Source of the DNA: a virus
Lineage: Duplodnaviria; Caudoviricetes
Virus record (IMG/VR): IMGVR_UViG_3300001528_000425
Coordinates: 128,001 to 192,000 of that record
DNA: 64,000 nt
Direction: 5' to 3' (one strand)
Position numbers and translations under genes: made by a program. The notes below the pieces were generated by a model. That model worked only from the letters and a program-made list of their open reading frames with translations. It was not told the origin of the DNA and ran no database searches. Within the stretch, counting starts at the first letter, position 1; each line of letters starts with the position of its first letter. This document shows positions 10,242-20,436 of this stretch, piece after piece.

Positions 10242-11030
10242 ATGCTGATATTTTCCACGAAGAACTCAATTCCTTTTACACCATCAGAAGTTGTTCTAAC
10301 CAGGAAACTGATTGAATGTTATGTCAATTACGATCCCAAAGGTGGAGCTTTTCTGAGAGCATTGAATCTGAATGATTACATGCTCAAATGGAGTACTTGG
10401 ATGCGAGATGAATCGGATGGTGTTATGGGCTCCTGGAGTCCAGCCAAACCATTCGAGTTAAACCTTGTGGCTCCAATAGAGTCGCTCGGTATAACCTACA
10501 AACCTCCGATGATAGATACCAGAGTACTGGATCATCTGGTCACCGTATTTCCTACCTTACTTCATGAGTTTAATCATGCGTTTCAATTCATGCCGCACAA
10601 GTCATTTGAACAGATGATGGAAGAGGCTGGAGGAACGGTATTGGAAGGACAACGGATGACGAAGACAGATAAAGTTCTCGTCTGTACTTTGTCGATCTTC
10701 CGTATGGTTCAAGGGGTATTCAACCGATTCTTCACGTTATTCTTGGATCACAACAAGTATACGGAGAAATTCACGATCGAGTTCGATAGTCGAATCAATA
10801 CCGATCAGAGGGAACCGGTGAATACCTTCTCCGAAAAACTTGGTGGAGCTATCGCAGGAAGGAGTTTCCTTCATCGACTGGCACTGGGTTCTCAATCCAC
10901 TCCTCCGTGTTCGGAAGAAGAGTATAAATCGCAGGAACAAGAACAGATCAGAATGTATGGTGACAAGATTTGGAACTATGCTGGAATACTGTTTGGAACT
11001 GTGATTGAGTTGAACAAAATGGCAGAATAA
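10242..11030 (+). CDS. HEXXH zinc-metallopeptidase-like protein
   Basis: TLLHEFNHAFQ with a downstream IEFDS; start after AGGAGG. Confidence 0.65.
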   Translation: MLIFSTKNSIPFTPSEVVLTRKLIECYVNYDPKGGAFLRALNLNDYMLKWSTWMRDESDGVMGSWSPAKPFELNLVAPIESLGITYKPPMIDTRVLDHLVTVFPTLLHEFNHAFQFMPHKSFEQMMEEAGGTVLEGQRMTKTDKVLVCTLSIFRMVQGVFNRFFTLFLDHNKYTEKFTIEFDSRINTDQREPVNTFSEKLGGAIAGRSFLHRLALGSQSTPPCSEEEYKSQEQEQIRMYGDKIWNYAGILFGTVIELNKMAE

Positions 11031-11035
11031 CATCA

Positions 11036-11071
11036 GCATCAGGTAGATAGGATATCCTATCTACCTGATGC
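11036..11071. terminator. Terminator, perfect 36-bp palindrome
   Basis: GCATCAGGTAGATAGGATATCCTATCTACCTGATGC. Confidence 0.85.
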
Positions 11072-11203
11072 TTCCTTTACACTCATTGCTACCCGAAAAT
11101 CGACCATATTATGCGTTGAAATAGCTCATCGTACATATTTTCACTAAGAGGTTGTACGCCATTTCAATCAGCATTATTCACCGGAACAAACAAGGAACCA
11201 ATT

Positions 11204-12331
11204 ATGGCAGCAAGACTTGTTTACAACGGTACGACATCGAACTTCCAATATATCATCGACAATGGCTCTGGTGGTAGTTCGGGAGGGAATGTCAAAATCG
11301 TTGCAACGATCGCAGACCGCGATGCGATCGTACGCCCAAGCGGTCTCGTTTGGGTTATCGACGCCACGGCTGATCCAACGGTCGATCGTGGCGGTGCCAT
11401 TTACGGATGGGAAACTACCAGCAGTAAATGGATCAAATTGGCTGAGGAAGAGTCACTGGATATCGCGCTGAATCTTAACTGGAGCGATATCACTGGAAGA
11501 CCGAGTGCCTCCCCGGCCAACATCGACGATGCTGTGATCAAGAAACATGAACACGCTAACAAGGCTGCACTTGACAGCATCACTACGGCGAGTGTTCACA
11601 CTCACCCCAATAAGACGTTGCTCGATTCGATCACCGCTGACAATGGATACTACCACAAACACAGTAATCTGGCTGCGCTCGAAACTTTCACCGCGGAAGA
11701 GATCGCCAGACTTCGTGGTATCACTGCTAATCAGATCCTGAATTTCCACAAGCATGTGAACATGTCAGCGCTCAACCGTCTCGGAATTTCTGCCAACAGT
11801 GAACTTACGATCGATGGAATTCCGATTCAAGCAGGCGGAGCATCGGCAGGCATCCGTTACGCCTCTTATGAATTCACGAAAACAGCAGAGCTCGATGAAT
11901 ACAAGTTCAACCTCGAAGCGCTCAAGCTTAAGAAGGGGATGGAAGTAAGCATCTGGGAACGTACTGCAGACGGCACTGAATATACAGAACCGGACCACTT
12001 GTACAGCGATACCGAACTCATCGTCGATATGACAGGTTTCACCGCTGGTACCTACGTGCTCACCTACATGGTGATCGATGAGGACAACACAAGTGCTCAA
12101 CTTGGAGAGAAGCCGTTCACGCTGAGTTCAGGACAGTCTTCCGTCACATTCACTCAGGAGCAACTCGGAGTAACTGGAAAGATCGATCCTTCTGTTTGGC
12201 AAGTTCTGAACGGGGAGGAACATGCAGTCAAGGCGGATGTCAGTTATGACAATTCGTCGGTTCTGACTCTCGGACTTTCGAAGTTCCCTACCGGTAATTA
12301 CATCTTGCGTTACATCAAGATCGTAAGCTGA
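11204..12331 (+). CDS. Tail fibre-associated structural protein with HxH repeats
   Basis: KHEH, HTHP, HKHS, HKHV repeats; N-terminus like 7766; two C-terminal modules like those in 15480 and 18414; CCATATTATG late motif at 11104. Confidence 0.7.
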   Translation: MAARLVYNGTTSNFQYIIDNGSGGSSGGNVKIVATIADRDAIVRPSGLVWVIDATADPTVDRGGAIYGWETTSSKWIKLAEEESLDIALNLNWSDITGRPSASPANIDDAVIKKHEHANKAALDSITTASVHTHPNKTLLDSITADNGYYHKHSNLAALETFTAEEIARLRGITANQILNFHKHVNMSALNRLGISANSELTIDGIPIQAGGASAGIRYASYEFTKTAELDEYKFNLEALKLKKGMEVSIWERTADGTEYTEPDHLYSDTELIVDMTGFTAGTYVLTYMVIDEDNTSAQLGEKPFTLSSGQSSVTFTQEQLGVTGKIDPSVWQVLNGEEHAVKADVSYDNSSVLTLGLSKFPTGNYILRYIKIVS

Positions 12332-12353
12332 CAACTGAAGGAGGTCCGTCAGA

Positions 12354-13289
12354 ATGAAACATACAGGTTATCAGCTGGGAGATGGTACCGACATAGTTGA
12401 AAAGATCAAAGGCAAAGCAAGTAAGGAAGAGCTCAATGGAGCTATTTCAAGAACGACGGTCTTTACGAACCCGGAGGGAGTTGATCCTTCTGCCGGTATC
12501 GTGAATGGATTTGGAGGGTTGACTGCAGGTACTGTTGTGAACAACATGCCGTTGGTTGATCTTTTGTCCATGGCCATGTTCCCTTATCAACCGCCTCGGA
12601 TCACTTCGTTTGCGTCGGCCCAAGTTCCAGCCTCCCTGGAATGTGGAGCCACTCTCAATCCGACGAGTGGTGATCTCACATTCACCTGGAGTTATGCCAA
12701 CATAGGCAACATCGAAGATGATACCCCAGTGATCCTCAAAGACAAAACGGCCAATACCGAACTCTGGCGTGGCACGAAAGCCAACACCACATGTACGGTG
12801 CCGTTCGGAGCAATCACCAAGAACGCTGTGGGTAATCAACAGTTCGAACTCAGCACAGTTGACAAGAAGGGTTCCACCATCAGTGCACTTATCTCCACGC
12901 TGTGGCAATGGAGATATTACTGGACTGTGGACGAAAACGATGGAGCTGTTCCGACCCCGGAACAAATCGCTGATGGTTCGTATATCGATTCTGATACGTT
13001 GAAGACGTTCTCGTCGAAACTCAACGCCCAGAATGGTACGCAGATCGTCATGCAGATCCCGGTCGGCTCTCGTCGTATTCTGATCGCCTATCCTTCCAAT
13101 CTGCGCGATGTGACTTCGATTGCATCGAAGGCTCAGAATGGAGCGGATATGAAACAGGTTTTCGTTAAAGGTGTGACCGGATCGGTCATCGAAGGTGCAA
13201 CTCCAGACGCCAAGAACGCCTACAAGGTGTACGTTTACCAGACTTTGGCTCCTTATCCGTCAGCGGATACTTACACAGTAACGATTTAA
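12354..13289 (+). CDS. Virion structural protein (beta-rich, Ig-like)
   Basis: AAGGAGG RBS; PYQPPRITSF followed by a beta-sandwich pattern. Confidence 0.6.
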   Translation: MKHTGYQLGDGTDIVEKIKGKASKEELNGAISRTTVFTNPEGVDPSAGIVNGFGGLTAGTVVNNMPLVDLLSMAMFPYQPPRITSFASAQVPASLECGATLNPTSGDLTFTWSYANIGNIEDDTPVILKDKTANTELWRGTKANTTCTVPFGAITKNAVGNQQFELSTVDKKGSTISALISTLWQWRYYWTVDENDGAVPTPEQIADGSYIDSDTLKTFSSKLNAQNGTQIVMQIPVGSRRILIAYPSNLRDVTSIASKAQNGADMKQVFVKGVTGSVIEGATPDAKNAYKVYVYQTLAPYPSADTYTVTI

Positions 13290-13305
13290 GGTAAGGAGAT
13301 AAAGA

Positions 13306-13752
13306 ATGAGTAAATATGCATCGCAACCACTTGGGTTCGCACGGTTGGACAACCAACCTTTGGAATCCAATGTCAACTTTCCCGTTACAGATGGGAAATC
13401 GGGTTACCAGGCAGCTTCTGAGTACGTGGGATCAGATCCCACGTCCTACCCCGGCCAGATACTGGCGGCGGAACATGCCGACCACACATGGGCTCTGTAC
13501 ATGGTTACCGGAGCCAAACTCCTCCAACGAGTACTTACCGTAGCAGTTGCTTCGTTCACGAACGAAAGCTTGACGGCAGGTATTCTGTACGTTTCCGGAG
13601 AGCGTCCTCCTATCGGAGTGCAATCTCAGGAGACTGGAAAGTACTTCGCGGTGTCTCCATTGGAACTGGTTAAATCCGGTGACAATGCGGGTCTTTATAA
13701 ACTGGACTTTGGAAATTACAGTTTTGAAGGTAAATGGGACATCATCTGGTAA
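13306..13752 (+). CDS. Virion structural protein
   Basis: C-terminal module (LDFGNYSFEGKW) paralogous to the end of 13801. Confidence 0.65.
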   Translation: MSKYASQPLGFARLDNQPLESNVNFPVTDGKSGYQAASEYVGSDPTSYPGQILAAEHADHTWALYMVTGAKLLQRVLTVAVASFTNESLTAGILYVSGERPPIGVQSQETGKYFAVSPLELVKSGDNAGLYKLDFGNYSFEGKWDIIW

Positions 13753-13800
13753 TGAACCAGACCCAGTAGTCACTTCATCATACAGAAGGAAAGAAGACAA

Positions 13801-15390
13801 ATGAATTGTTTCTTGCTTCGTGCAGAAATGCTCCAATCGGATGCTACCATCCAAATCACTCAATCGACCGCTGGTCTTGTCAACTTCGCTGTCGGTGCCA
13901 TCGGCATCGAGAAGGTGACCAATCTGCAAAGCTCGCTGACCACGATCACCAACCGTATCGACGGTCTGGAACAGGGTTCGATTGACCTTGGCGATTACCA
14001 GGCTACTGCCGGTATCAAGATGACGGCCCAAGAGAAGGTTGAACTCTTCGGTACCGCGTTCGAATACAACGGCAAGACTGTTGTCGTCAGCGATGATATC
14101 ACTGACGTTCTCCGTACCACGGATAAGGACGTTGCCAACGGCGTTGCCGGTCTGACCGCCCAGCTCAAGCTGAAACCGGAACAGATCCCGTTCGACACCA
14201 ACACCATGGAACTCAAGAACGGTGTGATCACGGTCAAGACCGTTCCGATCGTCAACAACCACGTGGCTTCTGAAGTCACTGATGGTGTTCCGGTTCTCGG
14301 TGAAGGCGATGCTGTGGAAGTTGGCGACCTGCTTGCGATCGCTCCGGAAGCGACCAGCAACGCCGGTTCGGTCTACTACCGTTACCAGGAAACCGACGGC
14401 ACTCTGGCCGCCGACTATATCAATCTGAGTTACACGTTCAACCCGAACATGGACTCCATGACTCAGGGTACCAACAACAAGTTCCTGAGTGCCGCCGAAT
14501 ACAACGTTGTGTCGAAATTCTCTCTCGATGAGAACGCTGACGGCGTTAAGTTCGATGGTCAGCTCCTGCTCAGCGGTTCGCTGCTGGATTCCACGGTCTT
14601 CGCCAAGAATGGCAGCGTCTGGGGTCTCGCCGATGGTGGTGTTGCGTTCGCGAAACTGGTTCAGACTGGTGCTGTGCCGGCCGGCTGGACGATCGCTGCT
14701 TCGCAGGTCACCGGTCTCGATGTTGGCGTGAAATCGGTTGCGTTCCAGCTTAACGGATCGGCTGCTCCGAGCGATCTGGCTGAAGTTACCACCGAAGCCG
14801 GTGCTGTAACGATCAACCTGAAGCTGAGCAATGACTTCGATATCACCACGAATACCGAATTCGGCGTCGCGATCAATGCCGGTACCGGAGTTGGTCAGTT
14901 CCTGAAGTTCGCGACTGCAGCTACGCTGCCGGCGTTGAATGGTGCGGCTCTGACTGGTCTGAATGCCAGCAACCTGGCTTCCGGAACCGTTCCGGCTGGC
15001 CGACTGCCTGCGGCTGGTGCCACTGCGGCCACCAAGGGTGCCGTCTACACTGAAGCTGGCAGCGGTGTCGCTATCGCGGCTGACGGTAAGGTTACCGCCG
15101 ATACCAATGTGGTGGCGACCAAGGCTTCTGTTGACGAGCTGGCGACTAAGGTCACCGATCTGACCCAGGCTCCGATCCCGTTCAACGCGAGCTCCGAGAA
15201 CCTGGCCGAAGGCGTGCTGACGATCTCCGCTAAGCGGTTCCCGACCGGTATCAGCAAAACCGATTACACCAACTATCAGCCGGTGGCTCCGTCCGTTGTG
15301 GGCGCCCCGAATGAAGATGGCGTGATGGAGTTCAAGCTGAACTTCGGCAACTTCGAATTCACCGGCGAGTGGCAAGTCCTGTTCTTCTAA
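13801..15390 (+). CDS. Abundant fibre/whisker-like structural protein
   Basis: Gly/Ala/Thr-rich; fibre motifs VANGVAGL, NASNLASGTVPAGRLP, ATAATKGAV; strong codon bias. Confidence 0.75.
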   Translation: MNCFLLRAEMLQSDATIQITQSTAGLVNFAVGAIGIEKVTNLQSSLTTITNRIDGLEQGSIDLGDYQATAGIKMTAQEKVELFGTAFEYNGKTVVVSDDITDVLRTTDKDVANGVAGLTAQLKLKPEQIPFDTNTMELKNGVITVKTVPIVNNHVASEVTDGVPVLGEGDAVEVGDLLAIAPEATSNAGSVYYRYQETDGTLAADYINLSYTFNPNMDSMTQGTNNKFLSAAEYNVVSKFSLDENADGVKFDGQLLLSGSLLDSTVFAKNGSVWGLADGGVAFAKLVQTGAVPAGWTIAASQVTGLDVGVKSVAFQLNGSAAPSDLAEVTTEAGAVTINLKLSNDFDITTNTEFGVAINAGTGVGQFLKFATAATLPALNGAALTGLNASNLASGTVPAGRLPAAGATAATKGAVYTEAGSGVAIAADGKVTADTNVVATKASVDELATKVTDLTQAPIPFNASSENLAEGVLTISAKRFPTGISKTDYTNYQPVAPSVVGAPNEDGVMEFKLNFGNFEFTGEWQVLFF

Positions 15391-15408
15391 CGAACAGCTT
15401 ATCACTCG

Positions 15409-15446
15409 GTGAGGTAGGGGGGGGGGGCGGTTGCCCCCTCCTCATC
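15409..15446 (+). terminator. Imperfect hairpin containing a G11 run
   Basis: GTGAGGTA-G11-CGGTTG-C5-TCCTCATC after the 15390 stop. Confidence 0.55.
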
Positions 15447-15479
15447 TATCCTTTTGTACTCTTACAAAGAAGGACTAGT

Positions 15480-16231
15480 ATGCAGAGTATGATCTTAACA
15501 GGCAGCATGCTGGCCTCGACTCCTCTTTCTCTCGTACAAGACGGAGATAGAGTGAAATTGGCATGGACTGGTGGAAAGATCGCATCTTTTACTCTCCAGC
15601 ATCAACAGGAGATACGGTTCATACCGTTCCTGTCAACTTCGATACAGATGCGATCATCGTAGATGTATCTCTTTGGAAACGAATACAAGACAGCGAATCA
15701 TCCGCTGTTCAATATATCAAAACAAGTCCAGATATCACCATCGGCGACACGGCTGTAACGATCGATATGACTGGATTTCCTGTAGGTGAATATCTGGTAC
15801 GTGTTGTCGTTGACAATTTGTCACTGGAAGATGCCACGAAACATATCGTTCCGATCGTAGATCCCATCGTGGATCAGCAAGTCGTTGATCCAGATTACGG
15901 ATATTGTCGCTACCTCGATGATCTATATCCAATTATGAATTTCGCTCAACGATTTAAAAACGTTGAGAAGATCGTGTTGGATGTGGTGAGCGGGACCTCA
16001 ACGGTATCCGGAAACATATGTATCATCCCTATCGTAAATGGAGTGGACAGAGAGCCAGTTATTGTACCTGTAACAGGTACCTTGACCAGCATACAGCTTT
16101 CTATTTCATTCGATTTTGGGACTTTGTCGTTAAAACGAGATACTGAGAACTCTTTGGACACATTGAAAGGTGATACCACGATAACCGCGATCGTTCTTGG
16201 TGTCACATTGGAGACGAGCTATCATGCGTGA
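15480..16231 (+). pseudogene. Fibre adaptor protein, frameshifted near 15603
   Basis: MQSMILTGSML...FTLQH in one frame and TGDTVH... in another align collinearly with intact paralogue 18414; one base is missing. Confidence 0.8.
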
Positions 16232-17927
16232 TTCACTACTTCTAGCCGCACAGGATGAGTCTTGCGTCCTTTGTGTGACGCCATATCTGGGCGGCTCGTG
16301 GTGGAGTCGCTTACGTCCACCGATGCCGCGAAACTTCAGCGAAGGATATCAATGGAATGCTCTACAGACAGCCATGTATTCGTCGCTACCCTGGAAGAAC
16401 GACCATCACTTTACGTTTAACTTCACGGTTGCCGAAGATTTCGAAAACGGCAGCTACTGGATCATGTACCAGAGCAACGGTAGGATTGTGTTCTCTCTAG
16501 ACAAAGACGCTCGCGGCAGTCGGTTCGTATTTGGAAGTTACGCATTCAGCAACGGAGTGTTTGTTTATACTCCGTTCGCAGCTTCGCTAGCCGGGAGACA
16601 TGAAGTGATTTTGGCGGTCGTTGGAGATACGTTGAGAATCACGGTGGATGGTGTGTCGTACGAGCAGAGCGGCGAACGTGTGGAGTCATCGAGCTACAAC
16701 CGGGTGGTGACAACCTCAGCCCCGGTGACGCTTCACGCGGTTTCCCTGACCGACGATTCGACGGAAACGGATATCTGGCAAGCGACCTACTCCGATCTAT
16801 ACGACACGTCGAATCCGTGGCCATCTGCCGTTCCGCGCAACTTCGCGGAGGAACCTGAAACATGGAGAGATGTACCGTTAATCACTTCTGCGGTTGGATA
16901 TGATGACTGCGAATTTTCCATCCATTATCGGCTAGACGGTTATCTGGATGGTTCTACCATCACTCAGTTATTTTATCACATCTCTCACAATGGCAGTGTC
17001 AACATTGCATTTGCAGGAGATGGTACTGGTGGTAACTACAGTTATATCCAGTTGACTGACACGGACAGTCTTGTGATTCCTTTAGACCGGATTCGACAAC
17101 TTGGAGAGCATACGATCCGCGTTCGCCGCATTGGATCAACTGTTACCATCGAGTTCGATGATGAGGTTGCTACAACCTCATCTGGAATGGATAAAGTAGC
17201 AATCTATTCAATGAATGCTCCGACTTCCAATTTCAACGGTGTTATTTTCGAGATGTACTGGAAAAATCTGACCACAGGACGAATAGTCTGGAGCTATCCG
17301 ACTGAAGCAGAGCGTGTACGTCTTATTACGAAGTCGAATGTTCGTACCGATAGGAGTGCTTTCGAACCGGTCGATGACAACTACGTTTACTACGTAGATA
17401 CCAAATTGGATCTGCGAGGTTATATCGGTGATCTGTCTATGGTTGCCAATGTGCACATCGATCAGGAAAGCGCCACTCGTGCTGCAAATCCAGTGGTGCA
17501 ATATCACCTCATCACTCAAGGAGGCCCGACCACATCCAATACCCTGACCGTGTTCGCTATGTATCTGACTCGTTACCCAGATCGCAGCATAGGTTACAAA
17601 CTCTTGATCAGCGATGGATCGAAGTGGTTCGAAATTGAGAAGATTTACTCTGATGTACCTCTCGATCAGATACGAACTGTCGGAGTGGTGCTGATCAAAG
17701 CTACAAGAGAACAACGTTGGTTCGTGAATGGTAGTTATATCGGCTCTGTATTCGTACCGGCAGATTGGAATGCGTTCAATGGTTCAGATAATGCAGTACA
17801 GAATGTGCGCATTGGTCCTCATATCTTGAGCACGAGTTATTGGCCTACAAAGTTACCATCGGTCTTAAGCGCTTGTGTATTTACACGTGCGCTGAGTGAT
17901 GCTGAGATGATAGCGATCCACGGTTAG
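16224..17927 (+). CDS. Receptor-binding protein with tandem ConA/LamG-like domains
   Basis: Beta-rich, HEVILAVVGDTLRITVDG, WFVNG, C-terminal VFTRALSDAEM typical of LamG_3. Confidence 0.7.
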   Translation: MRDSLLLAAQDESCVLCVTPYLGGSWWSRLRPPMPRNFSEGYQWNALQTAMYSSLPWKNDHHFTFNFTVAEDFENGSYWIMYQSNGRIVFSLDKDARGSRFVFGSYAFSNGVFVYTPFAASLAGRHEVILAVVGDTLRITVDGVSYEQSGERVESSSYNRVVTTSAPVTLHAVSLTDDSTETDIWQATYSDLYDTSNPWPSAVPRNFAEEPETWRDVPLITSAVGYDDCEFSIHYRLDGYLDGSTITQLFYHISHNGSVNIAFAGDGTGGNYSYIQLTDTDSLVIPLDRIRQLGEHTIRVRRIGSTVTIEFDDEVATTSSGMDKVAIYSMNAPTSNFNGVIFEMYWKNLTTGRIVWSYPTEAERVRLITKSNVRTDRSAFEPVDDNYVYYVDTKLDLRGYIGDLSMVANVHIDQESATRAANPVVQYHLITQGGPTTSNTLTVFAMYLTRYPDRSIGYKLLISDGSKWFEIEKIYSDVPLDQIRTVGVVLIKATREQRWFVNGSYIGSVFVPADWNAFNGSDNAVQNVRIGPHILSTSYWPTKLPSVLSACVFTRALSDAEMIAIHG

Positions 17928-17943
17928 CAAAACGAGGAAAGAC

Positions 17944-18384
17944 ATGACCAGATATTTCAAAGATATCAATGGAGAAACCATCCGTTATGTCGGTATCCAG
18001 AAAGGATCTATCTGGTATGCTGAGAATGGATGGATTCCGTATGATGGAACCGAATCCGAGGATCGTATCAAGATCGTAGACGGTCAGATCACGATCCTTC
18101 CGATGCAGGTACCGGATACCACCGCATTTGATGAAGCTTGTGCATCTTTTCGTGCCATCTGTAAAGAAATTGGGGAACTGATCTCTGAACCTGATTTCAA
18201 AGGTGGTTTTGATGAGATTGCCAAATACCAAGCTTCTGAGCAGGCTACAACGACCGAAGGTATCATTCTGGGTCTCAAATGGAATACAGCTGATAAGCTG
18301 TGCACCTATGAAGCCAGCAAGCTCGGTATCGGACAGCCTGATTGGTGGTATCGTTGTTGGGAAACGACCACGACTGAGTCGTGA
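17944..18384 (+). CDS. Hypothetical protein, possible fibre chaperone
   Basis: GAGGA RBS; follows the RBP gene. Confidence 0.6.
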   Translation: MTRYFKDINGETIRYVGIQKGSIWYAENGWIPYDGTESEDRIKIVDGQITILPMQVPDTTAFDEACASFRAICKEIGELISEPDFKGGFDEIAKYQASEQATTTEGIILGLKWNTADKLCTYEASKLGIGQPDWWYRCWETTTTES

Positions 18385-18413
18385 TAACCCTAATAAACCA
18401 AAGGCAAGGAAAC

Positions 18414-19136
18414 ATGAATTGCTTTGTGTTGACAGCAGCCATGTTAGAGGGAACTCCTCTTTCTGTGGTGCAAAGCGGTAATGCCGTTAAGCTGGTGTGG
18501 GACGGAGGAGGGATCATCCCCTTCGACCTTCACCACACCGCTTCGGATACCGTTCACTCGATCTCTACGGTTACAATCGCCGATGCGATCATCGCGGATG
18601 TGACAGTATGGAAGAAAGCTCAAGGAGAGGGTGGTGAATTTGAATACACCAGAACTTCTCCTGATATCGTCGTTGGTTCGGATGAAGTGACGATCGATAT
18701 GACTGGATTTGAAGAAGGGGACTACGAGGTCAGATGTCTGACTCGTGCTGGTCATGGTTATTCGAAGACCGTCATCGCCGATCCTGCCTATGAAATGCCT
18801 GACCAGATGGAAGGGTACGGTATAGGCAAACAACTTACGGACACTGACAACACGATTTCCTTCCCAGTAAGGGCTTGGAAGATCAAAGGTTGTCGGATTG
18901 TATCACTCTCTGCCGATTCGAACGTTACGGGAAATGTTGTCATTGTCCCGTCGGTCGATGGAACGGATCTTGATCCGGTTGTTATCCCCGTGAAAGCGGA
19001 ACCCACTGAGTTCTTCTTTCCGTTGGACGCAACAGGCATGCTGTCTCTGAGACGGGATACCGCCTCTGAACATGACACCCTGAAAGACGGAAGCGTCGTT
19101 GGGATGTTCATCACTAACATTGAATTCGAAAAATAA
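18414..19136 (+). CDS. Fibre adaptor protein (intact paralogue of 15480)
   Basis: Shared TSPDI, TIDMTGF, GN..I.P.V.G.D, LSL.RDT....DTLK. Confidence 0.8.
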   Translation: MNCFVLTAAMLEGTPLSVVQSGNAVKLVWDGGGIIPFDLHHTASDTVHSISTVTIADAIIADVTVWKKAQGEGGEFEYTRTSPDIVVGSDEVTIDMTGFEEGDYEVRCLTRAGHGYSKTVIADPAYEMPDQMEGYGIGKQLTDTDNTISFPVRAWKIKGCRIVSLSADSNVTGNVVIVPSVDGTDLDPVVIPVKAEPTEFFFPLDATGMLSLRRDTASEHDTLKDGSVVGMFITNIEFEK

Positions 19137-19169
19137 CAAGCGAGTTATGCGCTTGGATAGGATGCAAAT

Positions 19170-20420
19170 ATGAACCACCCACTTCTTCACAAATTGGCGA
19201 AGTCGCCGTCATGCCTGATGGCACTATTTCCAGAGAATGGAGGCGGATGGTACGGTCCCAAACAGCCTACGTTGTTGACGGATCGTAATTTCAACACCCT
19301 TCCAATGTACTTTCTCGATGAACATTTCGCAACGGACAAACTTGGCACAGCACAGTGTACACTTGAAGTTGAATTCGTTTTGAAATCTTCTGTATCAGGT
19401 ACAACGTACTTTGTCTTTGGTCCGATGCAATTGACATTTACAGCAACACGAGTCACTCCGGTAGTCTCCATTACACGTGGTTCGACGCAAACGACTATAA
19501 CTCCGTTAGGTTCAGCGGCTTTTACATTGACGATCGGTACCAAAGTGAGAATCGTATTCAAACGTATTCTCAGCAACGGACTTTCGATCATGACTGGAGC
19601 CATCTATTACGACGATGTGCTATTTCGGCAGAACCAAGTTTCTCTCGGATCAACTACTACAACGATGCGCGGTCAATATACACAATCGACAGCTCCTATC
19701 GTTGTGTCCAAAGCCTTCATCAGAAATGATGAGACTGGAGAGATCGTTGGATCGTATCCCAATCCTGGAGAAGCCGCCAACCAGTACGCGAAGTTCAATA
19801 TCCGAACAGATCACGGATCGTTCGAAACTGCTTTATGGAACGGAACCCACATTCCTGGCCGTATCGATACCTGTCTGAATCTTCAAGGGAGGACCAAGGA
19901 CTTCACGTTGGCATTTGATTTCGGTATCAATGCCCAGGGAGGTGGTTTGACTCAAGTACAGAATATCGCAATACAGGGAGCAACGACTCGCACTGCTGTT
20001 AGTACGGCTGCTGTTTTCGTACTGCGATACACGAGAAGTCAGAATACGTTGTTTTGTTCGGTATTGATTTCTAGAGACGGTGCTACTGATATCGGTGTTC
20101 AACAGACCATGAGCTTACCTATTGCTATGGCCAACGGATCTCCGATACGATTTGTTGTGACAGTTTCTTTCACTCAGAGGTTAGTTGCTTACTTTATGAA
20201 TGGAAGACTTATTAACAAATCAACGTTGCCAACGAATGCTACCGGGATAGGGACACTCGGAACGACAGTAGCTCACAATACGTTCTGTTTGAAAGCATTT
20301 TACAACAATACATCGACCTCGACTGCAACGGATGGTGACAATTTGGTTACCATCAACTAGGCTTTAGCCTTAGACTACGCGATGACGGATACGGCAGCAA
20401 GTGCTATATCACGCGTTTAA
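19170..20420 (+). pseudogene. Second ConA/LamG-like RBP with an in-frame TAG at 20358-20360
   Basis: Paralogous to 16224 (GG.W, .SYP, N.RTD..SFE, L.L.G); the frame continues past TAG as ALALDYAMTDTAASAISRV-TAA, matching the paralogue's C-terminus. Confidence 0.7.
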
Positions 20421-20436
20421 TACCACGGAGTCATTT

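Noticed and set aside
13432-15405. Long antisense ORFs (also 4813-6198, 26788-27798, 32091-33563, 37914-39275, 24302-25153)
   Set aside because: They mirror real genes whose codon bias suppresses antisense stops, and they lack an RBS or motifs
17925-20360. Genome-wide TAG reassignment (genetic code 15)
   Set aside because: Long genes are open under the standard code, and TAG at 17927 behaves as a true stop just before the next RBS; only one clear internal TAG was seen
16224-20420. Diversity-generating retroelement or invertase shufflon acting on the RBPs
   Set aside because: No reverse transcriptase, recombinase, TR/VR pair or inverted cassette is visible in the window
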